IMG/VR virus record: IMGVR_UViG_3300018875_000004
Coordinates: 1-64,000 of that record
DNA from: a virus
Strand: one strand, 5' to 3'
Length of the DNA: 64,000 bases
Positions within the stretch are counted from its first letter, which is position 1. Every line of letters starts with the position of its first letter. Shown one piece after another: positions 43,481 to 52,000 of the stretch. The position numbers and the translations under genes were made by a program. The notes beneath the pieces were generated by a model, which saw only the letters and a list, made by a program, of their open reading frames with translations, was not told the origin of the DNA and searched no databases.

Positions 43481-44587
43481 TTAGCTTTGGTGAATCTTCG
43501 AGAGGAAGCGGCGCTGAGCTTCATCTTCAGCTTGGATGAACAGGGAGTAGTCCGGGATGAAGTTAAAGAATTTAGTGCTCTTCATGGAAGCGTGTTTGTT
43601 CTTGGCGAACTTCACTTCCGCGACCGGCATCTTCTTATCTTCGTCTTCGTCCAGCCAGTAGATCTCGGCTGTCTCTTCTTTGATACCGACCTCGTTGTAC
43701 ATCAGACATACCATGGTGGCTTCGTAGCGCAGCGTGATGGTGTCTTTCAAGTCATCCTCGATTGGACGTTTGCCGTTCGTTTTACGCAAGTGAACGGTAC
43801 ACATAACGACTGCATTGTAAGCTGTAGACCATTTCTTAATAGCCTTCGCTACGTAGGCATTCTTGTCATCGGAGTTACTGAACTGCTTGTCTTCGACCGT
43901 CAAGTCATTGAAAGAGTCAATCGCAATAACGATACGAACGCCTTCTTGCATAGTCATGATAATGTCTTTGATGTGCTGCTCGATCGCTTCAACGCTGGTC
44001 ATTTCATTGGAGTCAAACATCCCGAAGCGGTCTACCCTGCGATACAGGTTCTTGATCCCTTCATTCCGTTTCTCCATAATCTCTGGCTGATCCTCGTACT
44101 TCGCCGGAGACTTCGCCTGACCAATCGTAATCTGCTGGTCGTTGGCAATATAGCGCGGCATCAAGTCATTGTTGGCATCATCCAGTGAATGATATGACAC
44201 ATAAACGTTGTCGTTGAGTTCGGACATTCCCTTACATACCTGCAGCATGTACGCCGATTTACCGACGTTTGGTGCTGCGCCGAACAGAATCAAGCCCGGC
44301 TGCGCTCCGCCCTCAAAGGCGTCATCGAAGGCTTGTAGCCCCGATTTTAATCCCCCGTCTTTCCCTCTGGCCCAGGAGTGAGCGTCTACGTTCATAATGT
44401 TGCGGACCATCTTCTGCTCGATCATATTGAGCGGACGCCCGAGAATACCTTCTGCATTCTGAACGACGACCTTTTTACGGGTTTCCTCGTCGGTGCCGAA
44501 TGCGTTCGGGTCTTCGGCCATTTGGCGCTCGACCTGGTTCATGATAGCGCTAAAGTCAAATTGTCCTGGTTGTATGTGATCGTTCAT
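43481..44587 (-). CDS. dnaB: DnaB-like replicative helicase (C-terminal ATPase domain, short N-terminus)
   Basis: Walker A GAAPNVGKS, YHSLD, IAIDSF, KRPIEDDLK, FAKNK. Confidence 0.85.
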   Translation of the reverse strand: MNDHIQPGQFDFSAIMNQVERQMAEDPNAFGTDEETRKKVVVQNAEGILGRPLNMIEQKMVRNIMNVDAHSWARGKDGGLKSGLQAFDDAFEGGAQPGLILFGAAPNVGKSAYMLQVCKGMSELNDNVYVSYHSLDDANNDLMPRYIANDQQITIGQAKSPAKYEDQPEIMEKRNEGIKNLYRRVDRFGMFDSNEMTSVEAIEQHIKDIIMTMQEGVRIVIAIDSFNDLTVEDKQFSNSDDKNAYVAKAIKKWSTAYNAVVMCTVHLRKTNGKRPIEDDLKDTITLRYEATMVCLMYNEVGIKEETAEIYWLDEDEDKKMPVAEVKFAKNKHASMKSTKFFNFIPDYSLFIQAEDEAQRRFLSKIHQS

Positions 44588-44770
44588 AGCTGCTCCCTTC
44601 ATTACGGCGTTTCTCTCCCCCGTGTAATACCAACGAAACGAGTCGCAGGCATTACACAGAGGATGAAGCCTCTGTGTGTTGTGTTGGAGGTGTGAGTTTC
44701 GGGCAGGGTCCTAAGCTGCCCCTTACAGGGTTACATAAGATTAATTATGTCAAACCCTCTAAGGGATCGC

Positions 44771-45871
44771 TTAGGACTTCTGCTCTTCACCCTCTGGTTT
44801 CTTGTTCAGCTCTTTATTGAAGAGCGGACACTTATCTTTATCGCATACGCCGCTGAGTCTTGCGAAAGCTTCGCAGCCGTATCGGTATTGTCCGTTGTAA
44901 ACGGAGTTGACGATGATCTCCATATCCCGCTTGGATAAACGCGGACTGCAGTTCTCTTCACCCCATACAATCATTCGTGCCATTGCTTCGTCTCGCGGCA
45001 TGCCCTGCTGCATATAGAAGCTGGCAAGTGCGGTGCCGGAGTTATTTCGCTCGTCGATCGTCTCTCTGAAAGTACGCTCGATCATGGTCTTAATGCACGG
45101 CGGCAAGGCTTCCAGCTTCTTGATCTTGCCTTGATATTCGGTAGCCCGATTATTCCGTTCCGTCCATTTTTGAATATATTTCTCCAGTGCGATCTTTGCT
45201 CGGTTCGAAGGAATCAGTGGCGCCGGCTGTATGAACCTTGGCTCTTTCGCCAGCGCTCTGACTTCTTCCAGCGAACACTTTCTTAGTTCTTCCTGGGTAA
45301 TCGGCACTTTGAAATAGCCGCCCTTTTTGTTGAATGAATTGACCATGCGGAACATCCGCTTGTCATCATAGATGGCTGTATCCATCGTATCGAAGAGGGT
45401 GTATTTCGATATGTCCAGCGCGATCTCTCGGTAAATCTGGTTGAGGGAAACGTGCGGATTCAGCCCCAGTACGTGACCGCTGACGGTCAAGTGAATCCCT
45501 TTGTGTCCGGAATAGAATACGTTGATTTGATCCGGCTCAATCGACAGAATGTTTTTCAGGTAGCGGAAGGCGATGTATACGTCATGTCGCAGCTTGTTGT
45601 AGTCATCTTCGCTTTCCAGCGGCCGATCAAAGTCCAGGTAGAGGTCGCCCCACTTCAAGGCGTCTCTGGCATTCAGAACCCATTTACCGCGCTCATTCTG
45701 GAAGAACTCCGGATTGATGTACTGCATAACCGTTTCGTAAACGCCAATGTTTCCGTAGTGATTGCGGAACTTGACTGTTTCCGAAGGGTGCATATAATGT
45801 TTGCGTGTGAATGGGAACTTCTCCGAATTGGTGTCCGCTCCGCATTCCACAAAGAGTTGGAAACTGCTCAC
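44771..45871 (-). CDS. archaeo-eukaryotic-type primase with PriCT/PriL-like C-terminus
   Basis: LYLDFD, YSGHKGIHL, DTAIYD.KRMFR..NS, PPCI, ERNN, terminal Cys cluster. Confidence 0.85.
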   Translation of the reverse strand: MSSFQLFVECGADTNSEKFPFTRKHYMHPSETVKFRNHYGNIGVYETVMQYINPEFFQNERGKWVLNARDALKWGDLYLDFDRPLESEDDYNKLRHDVYIAFRYLKNILSIEPDQINVFYSGHKGIHLTVSGHVLGLNPHVSLNQIYREIALDISKYTLFDTMDTAIYDDKRMFRMVNSFNKKGGYFKVPITQEELRKCSLEEVRALAKEPRFIQPAPLIPSNRAKIALEKYIQKWTERNNRATEYQGKIKKLEALPPCIKTMIERTFRETIDERNNSGTALASFYMQQGMPRDEAMARMIVWGEENCSPRLSKRDMEIIVNSVYNGQYRYGCEAFARLSGVCDKDKCPLFNKELNKKPEGEEQKS

Positions 45872-46551
45872 TGCGTGATCACCTGTTTTCGTATCACTCG
45901 GTTGATTCCATGCAGCTGGTGGATATTCTTTTTCGCAAGGATGTATTCTCTTGCTTCTTCCATATATTTTTCAATATCAAAAGCATTTCGTAGAAGGCTT
46001 CGGGATTGAGTAAGCCGGGCTTTCTTCGCCACATCAATCGCAAAAAGAATTTCATCCAGATCATAGACGCCGAGTAAGTAATTGAATTTGCCTTCGTCTT
46101 GCTTAATCATGTGTGGATTGCTCTCGATGTTCATTTTCTCGTACCAATATTGCAGCAGCTCGTCCATCGTGAAGCGTTTCTTCATCTCAAGGAAGAAGGG
46201 TTCCACTTCCTGAATGTATTTTCCGTCCACTTTACGCATCTTTGGTGGCGGCGGTACTTCCCGCAGCCGGTTGTGATAGTAAAAGATGTCCGGGTTCATA
46301 ATGTTCTTCGGCGGCTTCTTGTTATCGAATATCTCTTCAAGCATGTAAACGCGTTTGACCATTTCCGGGTATAGGCGGGCAAACTCTTCGATCTCTGCTT
46401 GAATTTCTTCCAGCTCCCATCCGGCTGCGACCAGTTTCTTGATCGATGCCGTGTTCGTCCGGATGCGGCTGTCGGATCCCTGATAAGGAATACCGACGAC
46501 CGTACAAACGAACCAGCCTGCGAGCTGATAGATGATTTGATCTTCGTTCAT
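45868..46551 (-). CDS. hypothetical replication-cluster protein
   Basis: Coupled between the annealase and primase genes. Confidence 0.75.
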   Translation of the reverse strand: MNEDQIIYQLAGWFVCTVVGIPYQGSDSRIRTNTASIKKLVAAGWELEEIQAEIEEFARLYPEMVKRVYMLEEIFDNKKPPKNIMNPDIFYYHNRLREVPPPPKMRKVDGKYIQEVEPFFLEMKKRFTMDELLQYWYEKMNIESNPHMIKQDEGKFNYLLGVYDLDEILFAIDVAKKARLTQSRSLLRNAFDIEKYMEEAREYILAKKNIHQLHGINRVIRKQVITQ

Positions 46552-47861
46552 TACGCTGCAAACTTCTCCAGGAAGATATTGAACTCAGCCAGATTGCCCG
46601 GAACAAGATCGGCTGGAATAGCATCGTCTTTCTTCAAGAAATCTCTCAGGTAAGGCAAGATGTCGTTATCAGTTTTGATGCCGAGACGCGCCCGATGCTG
46701 GTGGATTTTCTGAATTTCGATTTGATCCCACTGTGCCGGAATGGCGCTTGGCTTCGGCTCTTCAGGAGAAGGAGCTGCAGCAGGTTGTTGTTGCTGGGTT
46801 TGGACCGGCGCGCCAACTGGTTGTGCAGGTTCAGCCTGGAATGCTTGCGGCGTTGCCTCCGCTTGCGGAGTTGCCTGGAATGGCTGCTCCTGCGCACTCA
46901 CGGGTTGCTGGGGCATATTACGCTGATCCCACGCATTGGCTGCTGGTGTGTTTGGCTCATGAGGGTTGAATGGAAACTGATCCTCATGCAGCTCTGGCGC
47001 TTGGTTAAAAGTCCCGTTTGCCTCGTTATTCATATCCTGCGCCCAGTTGCCTTGCTGCTGCGGCTGACCGAAAGGTTGCTGCCCGGCAAAGCCTTGCTGT
47101 GGCTGCTGGAATTGCTGCTGTTGTTCAGGTGTTGGCTGGAAGTACGATTGCTGCTGGTTCGGATCAACGTAAGGCTGACCGAATGTCTGCTGCGGCTGTG
47201 CGTACTGTTCTTGCGGAGCTTGGAAACCGCCTTGAGGTTGACCGTAGCTTTGTTGCTGGCCGTATCCTTGTTGCGGCTGGAAGCCTTGCTGCTGCTGGAA
47301 ACCTTGTTGCTGATCGTATTGCGGCTGCTGCTGGAATTGATACTGTCCGCTCTGCTGCATTTGATCGTATTGGTTCTGCTCGTAATCAGCTTCTGTTTCT
47401 ACTTTGATTTTGGAGTAGATGGATTCCCCTACACCAAATAAGGATGCAGCTTTCACAAGCACGTTGGATGCTGCTGCTTTATATGCGCTGTCTTGGTTGT
47501 CTTTACCGCCGATGGCGATCTTGCAGCCGTACTGCTCACGATGGCCAAGGCCTGGAATAAAGAGATAACCGCGGACGTGATAAACGTAACCATCGAACAA
47601 CCATGTTTTCGTATTGTCCTTATCGAACTTGTAGACTTCTTCTTTCCATTGCTCAATCAATCCGAAGTCCCAGTACGTCATACCAGATACGGCGTTGTCC
47701 AGAATCTGACGAACCGTGTTGACGCCCATGTATTTACCGCCCGGCTTGCCTTTACCGCCTGGCTTCGTTTCCAGCCATTCATCCTTACATTCCTTCAAGC
47801 TATCGCGGATCTTTTTAATCTGATCCAGCTCGGGAAGGTACTTTTCAATTGTCGCTCTCAT
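46551..47861 (-). CDS. Rad52/Sak-family single-strand annealing protein with long Gln-rich region
   Basis: KY....VRQILD, REQYG, AYKAAAS..L.KAASLFGVG..IY; RBS AGGAGG before ATG 47861. Confidence 0.8.
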   Translation of the reverse strand: MRATIEKYLPELDQIKKIRDSLKECKDEWLETKPGGKGKPGGKYMGVNTVRQILDNAVSGMTYWDFGLIEQWKEEVYKFDKDNTKTWLFDGYVYHVRGYLFIPGLGHREQYGCKIAIGGKDNQDSAYKAAASNVLVKAASLFGVGESIYSKIKVETEADYEQNQYDQMQQSGQYQFQQQPQYDQQQGFQQQQGFQPQQGYGQQQSYGQPQGGFQAPQEQYAQPQQTFGQPYVDPNQQQSYFQPTPEQQQQFQQPQQGFAGQQPFGQPQQQGNWAQDMNNEANGTFNQAPELHEDQFPFNPHEPNTPAANAWDQRNMPQQPVSAQEQPFQATPQAEATPQAFQAEPAQPVGAPVQTQQQQPAAAPSPEEPKPSAIPAQWDQIEIQKIHQHRARLGIKTDNDILPYLRDFLKKDDAIPADLVPGNLAEFNIFLEKFAA

Positions 47862-47930
47862 ATGTTGCCTCCTGTTTGCTGACTGCTTTCTTATTATAGT
47901 CTTCAAAGTAAATTGAAGCAATACTCAAAA

Positions 47931-47979
47931 TGTAACACGTTACATTCTTAATATAGCATGCTATTTACTTGCGTTCAAG
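47931..47979 (-). promoter_or_regulatory. SigA-like promoter plus operator for the replication operon
   Basis: TTGAAC-N18-TATATT-N5-TGTAACGTGTTACA. Confidence 0.7.
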
Positions 47980-48045
47980 AGCAAATACGAAAAAACGCAA
48001 GCTATTGGGAGAAAACCCGAGATAGCTTGCGTTTTATTGGTTTTA

Positions 48046-48312
48046 TTAAGCTGTCTGCTTTTTAAAGGTGCCGACAAGGTTGTGGAACGAAACCGCGATG
48101 TCGATGGTGATGGCTGCGACCTTCAGCACGAATGCTTTATCGACCGTCAGGTTGAGCGTTGCGGCGAGTTCGGCATACGTCTGACCGACTGTATCCAGAA
48201 CCGCTTGTTTCTTCGCTTCACCGTTGCCTTCGGTTTCAAACAGTCCGACGAGTGTAAATACCAGCTGTACGATCGCTGGTGTCAGTGCCAGGTATTGCAG
48301 TGCCTTTTTCAT
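48046..48312 (-). CDS. small holin-like membrane protein
   Basis: GNGEAKKQAV...IDIAV pattern; ATGA overlap with the holin. Confidence 0.6.
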   Translation of the reverse strand: MKKALQYLALTPAIVQLVFTLVGLFETEGNGEAKKQAVLDTVGQTYAELAATLNLTVDKAFVLKVAAITIDIAVSFHNLVGTFKKQTA

Positions 48313-48812
48313 TCTTGTTTGTCCTCCTGTTTGGTGTCGTTCTTTTGCGAACGATTTGTTTTATTTTCAATCTCTGACTGGACAAACGTGATCACGCTGT
48401 TGGGAATCCATTTCTCCCAGCCTGCGCGAACGGAGTTTGCTGTCAAGCTATTGAATGTGTGGAAGATAAGTCCTGATGTGACAAAGTAAAAGACAACGCC
48501 GGGGGTGTGCAGGACGTAATCGAGCATGTTGGCTGCTGCCGGAAAGCACAGGATAAACAGGGTTCTCAGTACACCGTTAATCCCATATTCAGAACTGTAC
48601 GATCCGTCTTTCTTGGAAGCAGCAATGCCGCTGATCCAATCCATAAAGATGAAGAATGCGTACACGCCAATCATGAGTTTTCGATCCTCTCCACCGCCAT
48701 AGACCAGTTCAATCACGCTTCCGGAAATAGCACCGAGGGTTGCGAACACGGCATGGCCGGTTGTATTAATATTGTCCAGCGAAAGCGTCTTGGTAAATGC
48801 GAAGCGGTTCAT
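48309..48812 (-). CDS. phage holin (toxin secretion/phage lysis family)
   Basis: MDWISGIAAS...SS..G..G, NSLTAN..RAGW..IP. Confidence 0.85.
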   Translation of the reverse strand: MNRFAFTKTLSLDNINTTGHAVFATLGAISGSVIELVYGGGEDRKLMIGVYAFFIFMDWISGIAASKKDGSYSSEYGINGVLRTLFILCFPAAANMLDYVLHTPGVVFYFVTSGLIFHTFNSLTANSVRAGWEKWIPNSVITFVQSEIENKTNRSQKNDTKQEDKQE

Positions 48813-48826
48813 CGGTTTCACCTCTC

Positions 48827-50065
48827 TTATCGTGAGTAGTTTAGGCGGACCGCATGTAAGCATGGGTTCACGCCGTTGTACATTAGCAGCTTCGTCCGGA
48901 CCCAGATCCGTTCGGCAAACTGCCCTGACCATTCGTTGTTCTTTAGCGGTGTCAGGAAGCCGTCTGCTTCTTCTCTCAGCAGTTCATACTCGAAGACCCG
49001 GCCCTCCATCAGTTGATCCAGGTTGCGGTCGATACCAAACGCGCTACGATTGAGGAAGACATGTTCTACAGACTCGATGTTGTAGATGCCGTCCATATCG
49101 AATGCCGTTAGGATCGTGCCGCCGCCTGGCTCAAACATGGTCAGGTAGACGCCGATCTCCTGCGCTCCAAGGACGAAAACTTTCTTGCCGCCGATATCGA
49201 GAGGGTTCTTCTGAACCAACGTAATCCGCACCTTCTGTACCGGCACGCTCGGGAAGAACCATCGCTTCCGCGGCGAATACTCATTACTGTTTACGGCAGC
49301 CATGTCCGGCTGCACAAAACCCTGGATGGTATTCCAAGCGCTGTTATAATGAATCTCCACATTCTTGATCTGCACGCCGCGTTCCGGATGCGGGTGAACC
49401 TGAAGCATATTGATATTCAGATTGTTGACCAAGTGGCTTGGCAGCTCGATCTCCAGGATGACATCCTCTTGATCGGGGCATTCGGCAATGTTATACGTTA
49501 CCGTGCGGTGCCAGTAGGATTCATTATCGCCATTGAAAGCGTTGAACAGGTTGTTGTCGATGACTTCGCCTTTCGTATTCGTTCGTCCGATCTGGACTTT
49601 GAGTTCCGATGGAACAACGACAGCGCCCGTCTTCTCGTTGATGGTATGCGTCTTTGGAATCTGGTGAATGAGCGGCACCGTTGCGTACCGGTAGTTTAAG
49701 TCCACATCGCAGCGCAGACTGGTTTCTCCGTTCTCCTGGGAGACGTTCGGGTAAACCGTTGTCATGTCCTGCACGAATCCGGTCTTAAAGAAGATCGGGT
49801 CATACGAGCCTGCTGATTCGATTCGATCCATTTGCGCTGCCAACTCCACGACTCTACGCTCAAGCATCATGGCGTAGTTGTGGAGTGCTGTGTTCTCTGC
49901 AAGGACAATCTGATGGGCCTCAGAGAGGTTCTGAATGTTCAGGTTGCTTTGACGATACAGCTCCACAAGCTCCAGATACTTGTCGTCTTCGTTTTTATTA
50001 TAATCCGAGGAAGAAGTAGCGCCCCGGAACTGGGCGCCTCCTGGTTTACTTGTAGGCATTCTCAT
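48827..50065 (-). CDS. virion-type protein, paralogue family (coiled coil plus discoidin-like domain)
   Basis: SSDYN...LVELY; NAFNGDNESYW. Confidence 0.75.
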   Translation of the reverse strand: MRMPTSKPGGAQFRGATSSSDYNKNEDDKYLELVELYRQSNLNIQNLSEAHQIVLAENTALHNYAMMLERRVVELAAQMDRIESAGSYDPIFFKTGFVQDMTTVYPNVSQENGETSLRCDVDLNYRYATVPLIHQIPKTHTINEKTGAVVVPSELKVQIGRTNTKGEVIDNNLFNAFNGDNESYWHRTVTYNIAECPDQEDVILEIELPSHLVNNLNINMLQVHPHPERGVQIKNVEIHYNSAWNTIQGFVQPDMAAVNSNEYSPRKRWFFPSVPVQKVRITLVQKNPLDIGGKKVFVLGAQEIGVYLTMFEPGGGTILTAFDMDGIYNIESVEHVFLNRSAFGIDRNLDQLMEGRVFEYELLREEADGFLTPLKNNEWSGQFAERIWVRTKLLMYNGVNPCLHAVRLNYSR

Positions 50066-51992
50066 AGCTCTGACGTCTCCTCTCTATTTCGGCCAGTCGT
50101 TCATTCATCTGATTCATCCGCTGCGAGGTCGGATATAAGCCCTGCATGGGTGTTTCAGCTACAGCAACGGTTACGGTGTAGTTGACTTCCATCGTCCCAC
50201 TTTGTAATACGTTACGATTTAGCTGGATATATCCGTTTTCGAGCATAAAGTCCCCAGGACTAATGAGTTCTGCTCCATTTAAGGATACCACAAGCCTGCT
50301 GAATGAGCTTTCTTCCACTCCGGGGATCAGGGGATACGCTGCCTGCTCTTTGTGCGTGGTGATTGTTTTTGTTGCAGAATACGTAATATTTTCCGATTCT
50401 GCTCCATTTTCCCCGTGAAACCACGATTTTACTGCAACGTCTTGATTCTTCGTGTGATTTTCAATAAGAATATGATTCAGTCGGATGTCCAAAATCTGCT
50501 CCTGGTGATCGGACAATACCTTCTCGGATTCGCGCTGTCCACGGTAACGGGCATTGCGCTTCATTACATTCGGGTAGTGGTAGTTATCATCCCGGCGCTC
50601 CACGATCTCCAGCTTGTAGCCATCGTCTGCTGTGGCCAGCCAGCGCAGCTCGTAGAAGCGTGTGAGTGATTGCCCTTGGTCATCATTCATAATTGCCTTC
50701 AGGATGATCGTGTATCGTTTGCGGGCATCGTACTCATGCAGTGCAGCGTGTATCTTGTATTCTCCACCGGCTGCAATCGTTACGGTATCCTGGATGCGTG
50801 TGCGGCCGTCCATGTACATAAAGGAGTCGGAGCCGACTTCCACGTTAAAGTCAACCTTCGTCCATGTCGATTCGCCGCTATTTTTGTAGATGAGCAGAAC
50901 GTCATCCTTATTTATCGGATGCTCATTCATCATCAATGAGGGGTTTACCTGAATCCGGTTGCTGTCCAGCCCTACCCATAATTCTATTCCTGGTTTTTTC
51001 TTCGGAGGCTCCACGACGGTAACGATCACGCTATCTTCTGCAGATGAACCTTCGATATTTTCTGCGCGGAAAGTGATGGTGTATGTTCCGAGCCTGTCAA
51101 AGCTCAGCACAGCCTGATCTCCGTTCTGGTTCAGAATCCCTACCCCATCTGGGATACGCCACTGACGCAGGCTGATAGCCACCGCAGAATCGGCTTTAGC
51201 ATCGAGGGTCAAACTCTCCCCTTGATACAAGCGCGTGTTGTCTTGGAGGATATCCGCCGTAATAGGCGCGGGATCGGCAACAATGATGGTGGCTGCTATT
51301 GTGAAATTTTCACCTGTTGAATTTGTCACAGTATACGTGCAGTGGTACGTGCCCGCTTGCTTGAATTTTACAGAGCTGCCCAGGTTGCTGATCGACAGCA
51401 GCGTCATGTAATCTGGGCCGGCATCGTAGAACCAGTTGTAATCTGCGATCGTTGTATCGTCGCCGTGCAGTGTGATTGTGAAGTCCACTGTGCTGCCGAT
51501 GCGAACCCGGGCTTCTGCTGGGTCGATCGTTGCGGTCAGAGGAACGTGCGGCGGCGGTGGATCCCGGTACGGTTCAATTTGATACTCTACATAGTCCTGT
51601 GCTTCCACGTATCCGATATACGGTTTCCGGTAGCGGTAGTCTGCGCGAACCTGCTGGATCGTCTTTCCGTCCACCCAGTTGCCGATGGCCACTTCCAGGT
51701 TGCTGGAGTTCGGGCCATAGCGCACTACGTCCTGCACCCAGCTCTTCACGCCGTTGTCGTAGACGTAAGCGATAGCAAGGATGCTACCAAACTTATTACC
51801 CGGTGCAGACGCTGGTGGCGCAAAGTTAACCATCCGGATCGTCAGGTTGTCTGCGCTTTGAATCTCTGGCACTACACTGTATCCCTCGGATGTGCTGATC
51901 CCGGTGTTACCCAGGACGTCAGCAAAATCCATCTCGTAAGGAAAAACAGCATCGTCATCGAAATAAAATAGAACCTTTTGTATTGTTGGCAT
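50046..51992 (-). CDS. virion-type protein with PKD/Ig-like domains
   Basis: YNW...F.QAGTY...YTVTN..G and QW...FDRLGTYTITF.AEN..G. Confidence 0.75.
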   Translation of the reverse strand: MPTIQKVLFYFDDDAVFPYEMDFADVLGNTGISTSEGYSVVPEIQSADNLTIRMVNFAPPASAPGNKFGSILAIAYVYDNGVKSWVQDVVRYGPNSSNLEVAIGNWVDGKTIQQVRADYRYRKPYIGYVEAQDYVEYQIEPYRDPPPPHVPLTATIDPAEARVRIGSTVDFTITLHGDDTTIADYNWFYDAGPDYMTLLSISNLGSSVKFKQAGTYHCTYTVTNSTGENFTIAATIIVADPAPITADILQDNTRLYQGESLTLDAKADSAVAISLRQWRIPDGVGILNQNGDQAVLSFDRLGTYTITFRAENIEGSSAEDSVIVTVVEPPKKKPGIELWVGLDSNRIQVNPSLMMNEHPINKDDVLLIYKNSGESTWTKVDFNVEVGSDSFMYMDGRTRIQDTVTIAAGGEYKIHAALHEYDARKRYTIILKAIMNDDQGQSLTRFYELRWLATADDGYKLEIVERRDDNYHYPNVMKRNARYRGQRESEKVLSDHQEQILDIRLNHILIENHTKNQDVAVKSWFHGENGAESENITYSATKTITTHKEQAAYPLIPGVEESSFSRLVVSLNGAELISPGDFMLENGYIQLNRNVLQSGTMEVNYTVTVAVAETPMQGLYPTSQRMNQMNERLAEIERRRQSYENAYK

Positions 51993-52000
51993 ATGCTACC

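Noticed and set aside
44701-44722. GGGTCCTAAGC resembling a twister ribozyme P4 loop
   Set aside because: It is on the strand opposite to local transcription and lacks the remaining twister pairings
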